IMG/VR virus record: IMGVR_UViG_3300035501_000578
Location: 47,956-111,955 of that record
DNA from: a virus
Lineage: Duplodnaviria > Caudoviricetes
Length of the DNA: 64,000 nt
Strand: one strand, 5' to 3'
Each line of letters starts with the position of its first letter. Position 1 is the first letter of the stretch. The notes below the pieces were generated by a model. That model ran no database searches, had not been told where the DNA came from, and saw nothing but the letters and a program-made list of their open reading frames with translations. Made by a program: the position numbers and the translations under genes. Below are positions 39,986-50,756 of this stretch, piece by piece.

Positions 39986-40792
39986 CTACTTTTTATATTG
40001 ATTTACTTCCAACAATTCTAACTGCTCTGAAATTTCTTTTTGATAATCATAATTAGAATCAATTACCTGATCACCATTTTCATTTTTTATATAGTGAATA
40101 TAATCAGCGAAAACTTTTGGAGTTGTTAAGAAGCCATATTTATCATCATCTTTTTTATACCTAATACGTTTGCTTTCTTGATACTTAATTATGTTCATTA
40201 CATCTAATATTTCTATAATCCGAGATATGTAACGTACAGATAATCCAATATCTTCTGAAATCTTTTGATATAACCGATAGCAGCATAATGGTTTATCTGA
40301 ATTGTGATTCATATTTACACGAAGATAGGATAGAAGTAGCAATATATAAGCGGATGACATTCTTGATAAATCAATCTCTTTATCATTTATTTTCTTGTCT
40401 TTTAATTCTTCTTTAAAATTTAAAATTCGTTCTAACTCATCAAAGTAGATAATTCCAAAACTATCCAGTTTATCAAATTTTTCTATATCCAAGCTTATAT
40501 TGTAATAATCCGTTGAATTTTTTTTCTCTTTAGCAAGCTTCTCAAAATCAGGACAGTCAATAAAATATCCATAGCGAGAGAGGAGTTTTAACATTTCAAG
40601 ATATTTATAATTTATTTTTCCATCATGATAGTTTGGTTTTAAGTGTGACCAGTGACACAGCTCTGAAATACTGAATGCCACTGTATCATCTAATGCTCTA
40701 CGAGAGCATAAGTAAGAAAAAATAATTACCCGTTTGTCACCAATATCTTTATCATAGATTATTTCTCTTGGTATCTTTACATAGTTAGGCAA
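39986..40792 (-). CDS. Tandem winged-helix protein (replication-initiator-like)
   Basis: YVKIPREII start and two HTH-like segments (ISEDIGLSVRYISRIIEIL). Confidence 0.5.
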   Translation of the reverse strand: MPNYVKIPREIIYDKDIGDKRVIIFSYLCSRRALDDTVAFSISELCHWSHLKPNYHDGKINYKYLEMLKLLSRYGYFIDCPDFEKLAKEKKNSTDYYNISLDIEKFDKLDSFGIIYFDELERILNFKEELKDKKINDKEIDLSRMSSAYILLLLSYLRVNMNHNSDKPLCCYRLYQKISEDIGLSVRYISRIIEILDVMNIIKYQESKRIRYKKDDDKYGFLTTPKVFADYIHYIKNENGDQVIDSNYDYQKEISEQLELLEVNQYKK

Positions 40793-40804
40793 ATAATCAC
40801 CTAC

Positions 40805-41677
40805 CTACTTTACAAATAATTCACAAGCAATCTTCAATAAAACATCGCCATCACCAACTTCTTTAACAAGATAAGTAATCATAGTTGGTTTATATTGTGT
40901 GTTTGGATGTTCTTCCATATATTTATCTACATATTTTTTATGGTCGTTCCAAAAATTTGGATGATCTTTTTCGTAGATTTTATAAATCAAAGACCATTTT
41001 TTCTTATCATAAGAACCATTGGCACTAGTTCCACAAATAATTCCAATTTCTGTTTGAAAGTTTTTAATTTCTACTTCTGATAAATGTTGTTTTGATTCAT
41101 TAAATTGTTTTTGCTTTCTGACATATCTGGAAATTGAATCTTGTAATCTACTAGAATTATTCATAAAATAATCCAAAATATCTTTATCAAACGTAATAAT
41201 GCCGTCTGAAACATGAATATACTTTTTAATTTCAGAATCAGAATTACTAAAATTATCAGAAATTCTATATGTATTACGAATACGATTGATTTTTAAATCT
41301 AAAATATTATTTTCATATAAATAATACTTCAAGCTTGTCTGATCTAAATAAACAAAACCAGTCAAAGAATCAGCAACTTCTTTACAAGTCAATGTATCAG
41401 GAAGTTCTTTTTTTACTTCTTTTGTCGCAATTTCCTCTTTATTTTGTTCTTCTTTCCATTTTTTGAATTCAACAATATCAGAATTCATATGTTTTACAAA
41501 ATCCCAAACTTCATTAAACTGTTCATTAATTGAAGATTTATAATTTTTAAAATCTAAACCAAAGGCTACAATATCACCGTTGTTCTTATTTGTTTTTTCA
41601 GAAATCTCATTCTGTTTTTCATTTAATAATGCAATGGCATTATCATAGTTCTTTTCATTTGTCCCAAAAAATTTCAA
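40805..41677 (-). CDS. Hypothetical protein
   Basis: 290-aa ORF coupled to parB-like gene. Confidence 0.55.
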   Translation of the reverse strand: MKFFGTNEKNYDNAIALLNEKQNEISEKTNKNNGDIVAFGLDFKNYKSSINEQFNEVWDFVKHMNSDIVEFKKWKEEQNKEEIATKEVKKELPDTLTCKEVADSLTGFVYLDQTSLKYYLYENNILDLKINRIRNTYRISDNFSNSDSEIKKYIHVSDGIITFDKDILDYFMNNSSRLQDSISRYVRKQKQFNESKQHLSEVEIKNFQTEIGIICGTSANGSYDKKKWSLIYKIYEKDHPNFWNDHKKYVDKYMEEHPNTQYKPTMITYLVKEVGDGDVLLKIACELFVK

Positions 41678-42858
41678 CTATTTTCCTCCGTTTCAATATC
41701 AATAATATTTTCATCGTAATTTTCTTCTCCAATATAAGAGAGCATTGTCAAATACCAGTCGTTTAGCATAGATAAGGTATTTAATAGATTCTTTTTTAAA
41801 AGTTCATTGTTTTTTACAGCAAACATATAAGGTTGGTATTTAAGTGGTGCAAGATTGTTTTGTAGTAAATCGGACAGTTCGTTATTTAATTCTGTAATTT
41901 GGACAGTTGCTTGGAATGTATTGTAATCACCTTCCGGCTCTAATCCCATATGAGCAAGTTTTTTCTTCACTTCCATATATTCTTCAGATTGTGATTTGTA
42001 TTGTGCAGCAAGGTCATCAGATATCTTTTTTTGCGCTTCTAATATTTTATTCTCTGATTCAAGCCTTTCGTTTTCTACTTTTAACGTAGCAATTTTTTCT
42101 GTATTGGGTGAAGAATTATAATCTTTCAACTCCTTATTCTCTTTTTTGAGGGTCTTTATCTCGTCAATATATTTTTTTGCTTCTTTTTTTGTTATCTTTT
42201 TTGTGACATCCATTGATGATATAAGTTCTCTTTGTTCATCATTTGATAGATTCCGAATAATGGCAAGAGCAGTATCTTTTGTAACAATTCCAGTATCAAC
42301 TAAATCTTCTAGTTCAGGTATCATCTTTGCCATACGCATATAGTTATTCATGGTTTGATGTGTAATACCATAAGATTCTGCAAGTTCTGTTTGGTTTTTA
42401 GGATAATCAGAGCTACGCAAAACTTTTGCTATGCTATGTTGATTAGTTCCCTTATTGAATCCATACCAATCGTTCAAAAATGAAAAACATCTTCCGAGTT
42501 TGACCGGATTTGTGTTTCCTAAAACTCTTTGGCGAAGATTAGATTCAATTAGATCTTTAATCTCTTTTTCTTCATTTTCATAATGAATCATCTTATAAGA
42601 GACTTCCTCAATTCCTAATACATTACATGCACGAATACGTTGATGACCACTGATAATCATCTTATTTTCATTGATAGTGACTGCATTAGTAACGCCAGAC
42701 GTACTGATTGATTGCAATAGAGAATCCCACGCATCACCTTCCATATCATCAAAATAATAATTATTTTTTGGATGTGGACTTAATTCTGATACTTTTATTC
42801 TACCTTCATTATTCATTTGTTTTTTCATCCAACTCCTTTCCATAAAATATACAGTCAT
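41674..42858 (-). CDS. ParB N-terminal domain protein with HTH and coiled coil
   Basis: LSPHPKN, IISGHQRIRAC, IESNLRQR, QTELAESYGI. Confidence 0.85.
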   Translation of the reverse strand: MTVYFMERSWMKKQMNNEGRIKVSELSPHPKNNYYFDDMEGDAWDSLLQSISTSGVTNAVTINENKMIISGHQRIRACNVLGIEEVSYKMIHYENEEKEIKDLIESNLRQRVLGNTNPVKLGRCFSFLNDWYGFNKGTNQHSIAKVLRSSDYPKNQTELAESYGITHQTMNNYMRMAKMIPELEDLVDTGIVTKDTALAIIRNLSNDEQRELISSMDVTKKITKKEAKKYIDEIKTLKKENKELKDYNSSPNTEKIATLKVENERLESENKILEAQKKISDDLAAQYKSQSEEYMEVKKKLAHMGLEPEGDYNTFQATVQITELNNELSDLLQNNLAPLKYQPYMFAVKNNELLKKNLLNTLSMLNDWYLTMLSYIGEENYDENIIDIETEENS

Positions 42859-43516
42859 ATCTTTGATCTATTTCATTTGCGATTTTTAATAAATCTTTAG
42901 TATCAGTTTCGCCATTTGAACATAAGAGAAATATAATATCTTTATTCTCTTCGTGTATTGCTTTTAACATTTGTTTTAATTCTTCCATGTGTGGTTATTC
43001 CTTTCTTCAAAATATTTGTTTATAGTTATGTAAAACATCAGATAGATGTCCTAACTTGTATTTCTACATTTCAAATCCGTTTTTACCTCGTTTCTTTCGT
43101 TTGTAAAAATCTTAAAGCTACATTTTTCAAATTTCACTCAAATACGTTTAGGTCTGCTACTGAAGACCCAAAAGTTAAAATTTATTTCATTTGGGTCTGC
43201 TACAGAGGTCATTTTGTGACAGTCAATATCTATATATACTCATATTATCTAAAGAAGAATATTCGTAACTTATTCCGCTTCGCTACATAAGTTACTCTAT
43301 TATTTTTTCTTTAATTGTTATTGTTTGATTGTTTAAATACATTTCTACTTTTTATTTCTATTTACATTGAACAATTCTCTTCATGAAGATATTGATAAAT
43401 GTTTTCTTTCGTATTTATTATTCTTTATTTCTTTCAACGATTTCTCCAATTCATATAAAAATTTTTGTTTTTCCATTCCATAATATTATTTATCATTATT
43501 TCTATTATTTCTTTTT

Positions 43517-43705
43517 TCATTTAGATTCATAACAGTTACATCTATATTCTTCTTTTGGTGAAATATGTTTTCTTATTATTGGAATATTCTTACATACCTG
43601 ATAATTTAATTTACCTATTTTGTTATTTAGTTCATTAAGGCTGCAAGCAGTCAGTATATCTTTATAATCTTTATAGATACAGGTTTTGCATTGTTCCATA
43701 ATCAT
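43517..43705 (-). CDS. Small Cys-rich hypothetical protein
   Basis: CKTC...C...CNCY with AGGAG RBS. Confidence 0.45.
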   Translation of the reverse strand: MIMEQCKTCIYKDYKDILTACSLNELNNKIGKLNYQVCKNIPIIRKHISPKEEYRCNCYESK

Positions 43706-43737
43706 TTCTCCTTTATTACTTTATTCATTTCTCTTAT

Positions 43738-44565
43738 TTATTCTGTTTTTATCTTTGCAGCGAGTTCGTCAAATATATTCCTTTTGTGAGAGTTGGATTT
43801 ATCTGTTATATTTAACTTCTCCATAATTGAATCTAATGTTAATGAAAACATTTCTCTTATTTCCTTGTAATAATTAATTACATCTATTGCGTAAGGATTA
43901 ATATCTAGTTCAAATTCTGATTTATAGGCATCAACAAAATCATTAATTTCTATTCCATATGTATCTTCAGTTTCATTAATTACCAGATGAATGATTTCTG
44001 ATAGTTTTAGTGTCTCATCCGAGTGAGTATTTACATAGGATAGAAAAATATTAAGTTTTGCAAATGTATTGGTTTTCCAACGTGAATATTTCTTTTCAGG
44101 TAATTTCTTCTTATTGGATTGTTCTTCTAATGCTGAGAGTCGGGTATTAATATCTTCTCTCATCAAATTTATAGTTTCTGTGATTGTATTTAAAGCTGAT
44201 ATGAAAGAAGTAGTAATATTTTCTTCTTCTAATTCATGGAACTTATTAACATATCTAGCTGTAAATTCAGTGCCTTTTTGACCTGTTAGTTTATTTGCTA
44301 TAAATTCACAACCTTTACGAATTACATTAAAACAAGGTAATTCCTTATTCTGTTCTGATATGTAAGTAAATTCAATAAAGAAATCGGAGTGTCCAATTTT
44401 GGCTTCTCCTAATTGATTAGTATATCTACGAATATCTCTTATAAGCTTGTTATGATCTTTTTCAACCATAGTTGCTACTTCCATTGAAGTGATTGTCTCT
44501 GTGTTTTGATTTGTGATAATGTTATTCATAATATTTGTCTCCTTTTTATAAAAATATTTGTTCAT
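43738..44565 (-). CDS. Rha-family regulatory protein
   Basis: ITSMEVATMVEKDH..LIRDIR, RKGCEFIANKLTGQKGTEFTARYV. Confidence 0.9.
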   Translation of the reverse strand: MNKYFYKKETNIMNNIITNQNTETITSMEVATMVEKDHNKLIRDIRRYTNQLGEAKIGHSDFFIEFTYISEQNKELPCFNVIRKGCEFIANKLTGQKGTEFTARYVNKFHELEEENITTSFISALNTITETINLMREDINTRLSALEEQSNKKKLPEKKYSRWKTNTFAKLNIFLSYVNTHSDETLKLSEIIHLVINETEDTYGIEINDFVDAYKSEFELDINPYAIDVINYYKEIREMFSLTLDSIMEKLNITDKSNSHKRNIFDELAAKIKTE

Positions 44566-45641
44566 AATATGTATTTCTCTTTTTATCTTTAGTTGTTATA
44601 AAAATTTTCCCTGTATTTTTATTGTCTGGTAGGTATTTATATATTTGATTTTTGCCATAGTTTAAAAGCACCCCCTATACCTATATAGAGTGAGATGTGA
44701 GATTAAAGATATTTATGTTTATTAAAATTGACATAGATTATAAGTTTGTTTATTTTTATTGACGTTATTCATTTTATTTATTTTCATAAAAAATAGGGCA
44801 GGAAAAATATATTTTTTGAGTTTATTGAAAAAATGACCTTGTATAAAGCCTATACAGGGATTATTTTTGAATATTTGATAAAATATTCGTCTAAGAAGTA
44901 AAATTGAAATTTGACGTGTTTAAATGTGCTTGAGAGGGTGTTGGTAATTTTGAGGACTGATTTGAATGAATTTTGAGATGATTTTTAAGTAATTTTATGA
45001 GTTCAGTATGTGAATTATTGATAAAATGATTGGTGTTTGAGTAGTTAAATTTGTGTATTTTGACGGAGAGATGGTACTGTGATTGGTGTTTGTGCTATGG
45101 ATAGGGTTATGGGTTGGTGTGGTTGATGTATTAGTGTATTTTTGGTGATTTTTTGGATATCGGATTTTTAGTGGGAGATTATAGGATAGATTAATGATTG
45201 TGATGGTGAGGGCGAGTATTAAAAAGTAGGATGTGGTTATGTATTCTGTTGGAAAAACAGGGGATTTTCGATAAATGTGACGATAATGGGGTTTTAGGTG
45301 GAGTGTTGGGATTTTTGATTGATATTGTAGGGATTTTGGAGGTTGGAGATGAGAGATGGGTTTTTAGGGTGATAGTTTTTAAGTTGGTGTGTAGAAGAAG
45401 CAGCTTACCCCTCTGCAAAAACTGACAAGTCACTTGTTAGTTTTAACTACCCCCGGTTAGCCTAAAAAACGTCGGTATTTGTCCATTTTACCGATAACTA
45501 CGACTAACTAATATTAGCAATACCTAACATATATTGAGCTGCTCTATCCAGCTTTGACAAGGTGAATTGTGTCAAGTGTTTTTTCTTGACAAAAAACATA
45601 TCGGAGCAAATATACCCCCTAGGGGTATATAAATGTTTAAT

Positions 45642-45692
45642 TTTTCCACCTATCAACAAGTTATCCACATATTATCCACATTTTGTTGATAA
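45642..45692 (+). promoter_or_regulatory. DnaA-box cluster
   Basis: TTATCCACA at 45661 and 45672, CTATCAACA at 45650, inverted TTATCAACA at 45684. Confidence 0.7.
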
Positions 45693-45767
45693 TGCACAAA
45701 CAAACCACACAAAAATATACAAATGTAACAAAATGATAAAAATACCAAAAAAATACCAAAAAATAGT

Positions 45768-45795
45768 TTGACAAAATCTGAAAAAAGACTATAAT
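45768..45795 (+). promoter_or_regulatory. Consensus sigma-A promoter for the rightward region
   Basis: TTGACA-16 nt-TATAAT with A-rich UP region. Confidence 0.8.
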
Positions 45796-45801
45796 GTTCT
45801 T

Positions 45802-46915
45802 AAATCAATAAAAAAGCCCCACCCACTCGGGCGAGGCATGGACTATTGATATATAATAGCCGGTCGCACGTCTATTATATCTCAAAAAGTCATTTCTGAC
45901 AATAGTCCATATTTGATTTTAACAAAAAAATTAAACACCTGTAATAGCTGTGATATTAGCATGTTGGAAACAGTGAGAATCTTGCATTAACTAGCTTTTA
46001 ATTTACATTAACAAAGGCGAGGACAACGGGACGGTGAGAGTTCCCCATCCATAGAAGGCGATAGTATCAATTTTTTACCTATTTTTAATTTTTTTAAATA
46101 GGGTAGGCATGTGGTGAAGTGCATTAAACAGTACGCAGGGTATAGAAGGCAGTGTTGACAAATGCACCCAACACACAAGCAACCCATTTAATTTAAGATT
46201 GACGGGCACTCCGTCGGGAATATCTGAAAAGTGGTAAGCAAGTAAAAAGCCTTTTATAGATACAGCACCTTAGAATCTAACAAGGTAATAAGGCGGTAGA
46301 CAAGTAAACGAACATATATATAACTGGATGATAGGTTGTGTGGAAGCCCACACGCGCCAATGATTTTGTAAAGTGGTAAATGATACTAACAGGATTAAGC
46401 GCAAGATTTCAGACTAAAGATAAAGTTATTTGTTTAAGGCATAGGCACAAAGCCTAAAGCGCATATAGACAGGATTAGACAAGGCACAAAAATACATGTA
46501 TTTTTTAAAATCGGGTAAAGCTGGTTTTTAAAAAAATCTAATCTTAAAAACTAATCTATTCCACGGACTTAATTGTTCGGGCTTGTATTTCCTTTTTTAT
46601 CCTGTATAAATAACACACATACAAACATCACTGAAAAAAATGGTGGTATGGCTGGAAAAAATGAAAAAATATCCAGCTTTTTTCTATTCTGTATTCCCGG
46701 TTGACTTGTCCCGGTTTAGAAAAAATGTGAACCTTTAAAGGTTAAAAGGCTTTGACTTTGCAAGATGTGGCATTGTCCGTTTTTAAGGCTTAAATGCGTT
46801 CTTTTAAAGTAAAAAAGAATGATTTACATATAAAATACAGTAATATGCTTTATGCATAGTACAGGCACATAAGAATATATCTTGTGTGTCTGCTAGTGTG
46901 CATAAACACACTAAA
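45802..46915 (+). ncRNA. Candidate long structured leader/ncRNA
   Basis: About 1.1 kb ORF-free, raised GC, many hairpins, a pseudoknot and a long-range 8-bp pairing. Confidence 0.5.
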
Positions 46916-46979
46916 TATAAATTTAATTTATTATTTTTGTGGATGTCCCCACATTAAAAATGGGATGGATGGAGTTAAT

Positions 46980-47810
46980 ATGTTAAACATTAATTTTTTA
47001 AACAAAAACATCACAAATGAGCAGACAATTGAATTATTTAAAGCTGTACAGTATGAATTAGCCGACATGAATTTGGCTGCTACAAATGTAGCGCTTGAAA
47101 AACAGAATACTATCATTACCAATGAAAACGGTACCCGTTCTGAAGATGATATTAAGATTGCCATTATCAAACGTGACAAGCTGGAAAAAGAAGCAAAGGC
47201 TTACCAGCAGACAAAAGCCGACAATGAGGAGGTATATAACTCAGTTATTGAAGTTATGAGCACCGACAATGAGAAGGGCTTTCACAATGAGAAGGACACT
47301 GTTAGAACAGTTTTGCGAGTAATTGCATGTGCTGAGAATCAGAAGTTATATAAGTATGCCATCATTCCAGCTTTTGAGAATGCCGATTTATACAATGCCC
47401 TTCAGACACTCCATGTTGATAATGCCGTAACTGATACCGGCTATAGTACCATGTCCAAAGAACGTGTAGCAGAATATAAGAAGGCGCAGGACGAACTAGA
47501 CAACATCATGCGTGAGACATTCTCTCTCTCTATTACTACTCCTTACACTGAAGCTATCCGTGTCAAGCTCAATGCACAGGATAGAAAATTGATACATGAC
47601 TGCTATGTAAAGGGCTTCTCTAATAGTATCAAACCTAACAAGAAGGATGGTTCATATACTTTCAAGGGTCGTACTATCAACACGGCTGTAAAGAAGGATA
47701 AAAAGGGTAATGTTGACTACTCCGGACTTGCTACTGATATAGCAAAGATTGTTATAGCACACTACTCAAAGATTGTTGAAAACGCCGACAACAAAAAGGC
47801 TACAAAATAA
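46980..47810 (+). CDS. First early-region protein (276 aa), unknown function
   Basis: GGAG RBS before MLNINF; distinctive codon usage. Confidence 0.7.
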   Translation: MLNINFLNKNITNEQTIELFKAVQYELADMNLAATNVALEKQNTIITNENGTRSEDDIKIAIIKRDKLEKEAKAYQQTKADNEEVYNSVIEVMSTDNEKGFHNEKDTVRTVLRVIACAENQKLYKYAIIPAFENADLYNALQTLHVDNAVTDTGYSTMSKERVAEYKKAQDELDNIMRETFSLSITTPYTEAIRVKLNAQDRKLIHDCYVKGFSNSIKPNKKDGSYTFKGRTINTAVKKDKKGNVDYSGLATDIAKIVIAHYSKIVENADNKKATK

Positions 47811-47952
47811 TTCGGCTATCAATATATAGTGCATAGTTTAAAGGCATACTCTAGGAGTGTGCCTTTACTAGTGTGCATTATCACACTAAAAATCTATACT
47901 TTAAATTAGATTTATGTTAATATGGAGGTGAACAAAAAAAAGAGGTGATAAA

Positions 47953-48273
47953 ATGCAAATATTATATTATAAGCTTTTTAACGAACTAAAAAATAGAGGC
48001 ATAATGCAGAAAACATTTATAAACGATTTATTTATAAGTGGTGTAACTATGCAACATCTACGTCACAATGAATCTGTCACTATGGAAACTATAGGGAAAA
48101 TCTGCGAATACCTACAATGTCAACCTAGTGATATTGTAGAAATTGTTTTTGATGATGGAATAACAGATGAATATAAAAAAAGGCAGATTGCAGAACTTGA
48201 AACACAAATAAACGACTATAAAAGGCAAATTGCAGAAAATGAAACGCAAATTGCCAAACTAAAAACCCTATAA
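47953..48273 (+). CDS. Cro/C1-type HTH regulator with duplicated coiled-coil tail
   Basis: YKLFNELK...ISGVTMQHLRHNESVTMETIGKICEYLQCQPSDIVE; repeat KRQIAE(L/N)ETQI twice. Confidence 0.85.
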   Translation: MQILYYKLFNELKNRGIMQKTFINDLFISGVTMQHLRHNESVTMETIGKICEYLQCQPSDIVEIVFDDGITDEYKKRQIAELETQINDYKRQIAENETQIAKLKTL

Positions 48274-48971
48274 ACCCACATACTAACGCAAACAACGTCT
48301 TACATAAGTAAGGCGTTATTTTTATGCCCAAAAATAAGGCAAACGCAAAACTAAACACAAAAAAATCAATCCAGGAAGGAGGTTGACACCATGATAAAAG
48401 TTGAAATTATCTTAAATGGTACGCCAATAGCCATAACAAAAATGACATCAACAGAAATTCGCAAGGCTGAATATGCCGGTTTCACAGTCATAACAAAATA
48501 ATCATATCAATAATGCAAATATCAAAAAGAGACACACGATTAAACTCTGTGTCTTTTTTTGGTGCTGAGAATGATTAACTAAAAAGGCAAAACCAAAAAG
48601 AAGGAGTACAAAACAACCATGAGTAAAGTAGAAGCTAGGCATATTATATCTGCCATTCAATCACTAATTGACATTGATACATTCTTTGAAGAATGGGAAA
48701 ATGTCGCACTTTGGAAAGAACAATTAACAGAAGCACAGGAAATTTATAAAACACTGAAATAAATCAAGAAAAATCAAGGAGGATACTACTATGAGTAGAG
48801 AAGAATACAACTATAAGAGACATGCAATCAAGGCAGCTAGAGAATTATGCTATGGAGAAAACACCATTGAAAAGCTCCACAATGCAAAAACTGAAATAGA
48901 AATCTTAGAAATTATGAGTGAAGCACGTAGAAATTGTAAATAAGGGAAAATAGGGAGACATCTTGCCTCCC

Positions 48972-49021
48972 TTCCGTCTTACGGTGAGAGTCCGTAACCG
49001 ATGAGCAGAAGCGAAACGGAA
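48972..49021 (+). ncRNA. Type III hammerhead ribozyme (core variant CCGAUGA)
   Basis: TTCCGTC | TTACGG-tgagagt-CCGTAA | CCGATGA | GC-agaa-GC | GAA ACGGAA; GUC cleavage triplet ends at 48978. Confidence 0.8.
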
Positions 49022-50546
49022 CAAATTAATTATAGAAAATAGGGAGGATTCAATATGAAAATCAAAAAGTTAATTGAAACAATGGAAAAGCCAATTGTTG
49101 CAATACCACTAGGCATATTAATAATAGGCTTGTTAATCATCTATGGACTTAAAAATCCATCTGATTACAGATACGCAGTTGCAAGCGAAAATTACGAAGG
49201 CAGGGCATACGAATATTACACACAAGCAATCTGCGAAGTTGTAGCAATATCTGAGGATGAAACAGAAGTCTACATTAACCACAAGGGAAATGTGTATTGC
49301 TTCTACACGGATGGATGCACCAATTGTAAAGTAGGCGACAAATGGAACGTAACATTTAATGAAGCTATGGAAATTGTAAACGTAAGGTAAAGGAGGCAAA
49401 TTATGAAGGGATATTGTGTAACATTTTATTTAAATGATGGAATTATAGGTATTCCAGTATATGCAGAAAACAAAATAAAAGCAATTAAAAAGGCAAAACA
49501 GGAATTAAATGGGTCAATACAGACATTAAAGATACAGGTATCAAATTTTAAGGAAATTGTTCCTTTAAGATAGCAAGGAGGTAAATGCAAAATGAAACAA
49601 TGGAAAGTTATAACACCATCATATGAAGAAGGTGTAAAGGAAATTATAGTTGATGATGATTGGCTGGATGCAATACCCAGAAAAGGCATAGCAGAATTAA
49701 CTCTACTTGATGGAGGCAGAAAATTAGAAGTTAAATACGCAAATGGAAACTCCGTGTTTTATCAGAACATACACGGAACATGGGGGTTTCCAACAGTTTT
49801 TGAATAAGCAAAGGAATAAGCAAAGGAGGTTGAGCTTATGCAACACGGAAATTACAGAATTAAAATAATACACACATCAACAGGCAGACAATGGGAGATA
49901 CAGAAAAGGGAAATAATAGTTGTTGATGGTGTGGAATACGTAACATGGAAAGTAATCAACAAATTTCCTAATGAAAGATTCGCAAGGGAAATAATGTTGA
50001 AATTATGTATTACAGAAGGGTAAAGGTGAGGCTTATGGAAATAAAAGGTTATTATCTTAATTCGGTTTATATGGGTTATATCCCATCTATAGGCAAATAT
50101 TGGCAGTTTGAAAGCGAAACAGCTTATATAAATTATATAAGAGAAATGGAGGAATTATTATGAAATTTACAAAAAATAATCAGAAGCGAAAACGCAAGCC
50201 AACAAAGGAAAGTGCGGAAATTTTCGCAATCAAAACAATGCTCGACCATAAGGCAAACGGAGTTGAATTATCTAGTAACTTTTATGAGAGTCTTGCAAGA
50301 AAAAATGAGACCGGCAAATGGGATAAAGAATAGGAGGCACAAAATGTCAGATTTAACACATTTATTCAAGGTAAACCAAAAAGTTCGTTGCAAATTAGAC
50401 AACAGATTCTACAACGGGACAGTAAGGGAAACCTATGCAGACCATATTATAGTAGATATTCCGGAAATTTCCGACCATTGCTATTTTGAGAACGGCTTCA
50501 ATATGGACTGTGTTTTTCCTGATTACAATTTTAAAGGGAAGGAGGA

Positions 50547-50756
50547 GTGACAATGCAAAACATAGCAACACGAGATTTTCAACGGAAATTGTCTGCTAAT
50601 GGTTATGAACCAGTACGCAAAAATGGCAGTCATACTGTCTATGAAGCGAAACGAACCATAACAGATAGTATGTCAGTGCCGACAGCCGACAAGACAATAA
50701 ACGGTTGTATGGCAAAGCGACTAGAAAAGCAAATGAACGATTTTTTGAGGAGGTAA
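50547..50756 (+). CDS. hicA: HicA-family toxin-like protein
   Basis: RDFQRKLSANGYEPVRKNGSHTVY...SVP...I....KRL. Confidence 0.75.
   Translation: MTMQNIATRDFQRKLSANGYEPVRKNGSHTVYEAKRTITDSMSVPTADKTINGCMAKRLEKQMNDFLRR

Noticed and set aside
583-44281. Numerous plus-strand ORFs in the track across the leftward region (e.g. 4779-5387, 23113-23592)
   Set aside because: Antisense shadows of well-supported minus-strand genes; no RBS or recognisable motifs
45191-45771. ORFs in the skewed non-coding region
   Set aside because: Compositional artefacts of G/T- or C/A-rich DNA without RBS
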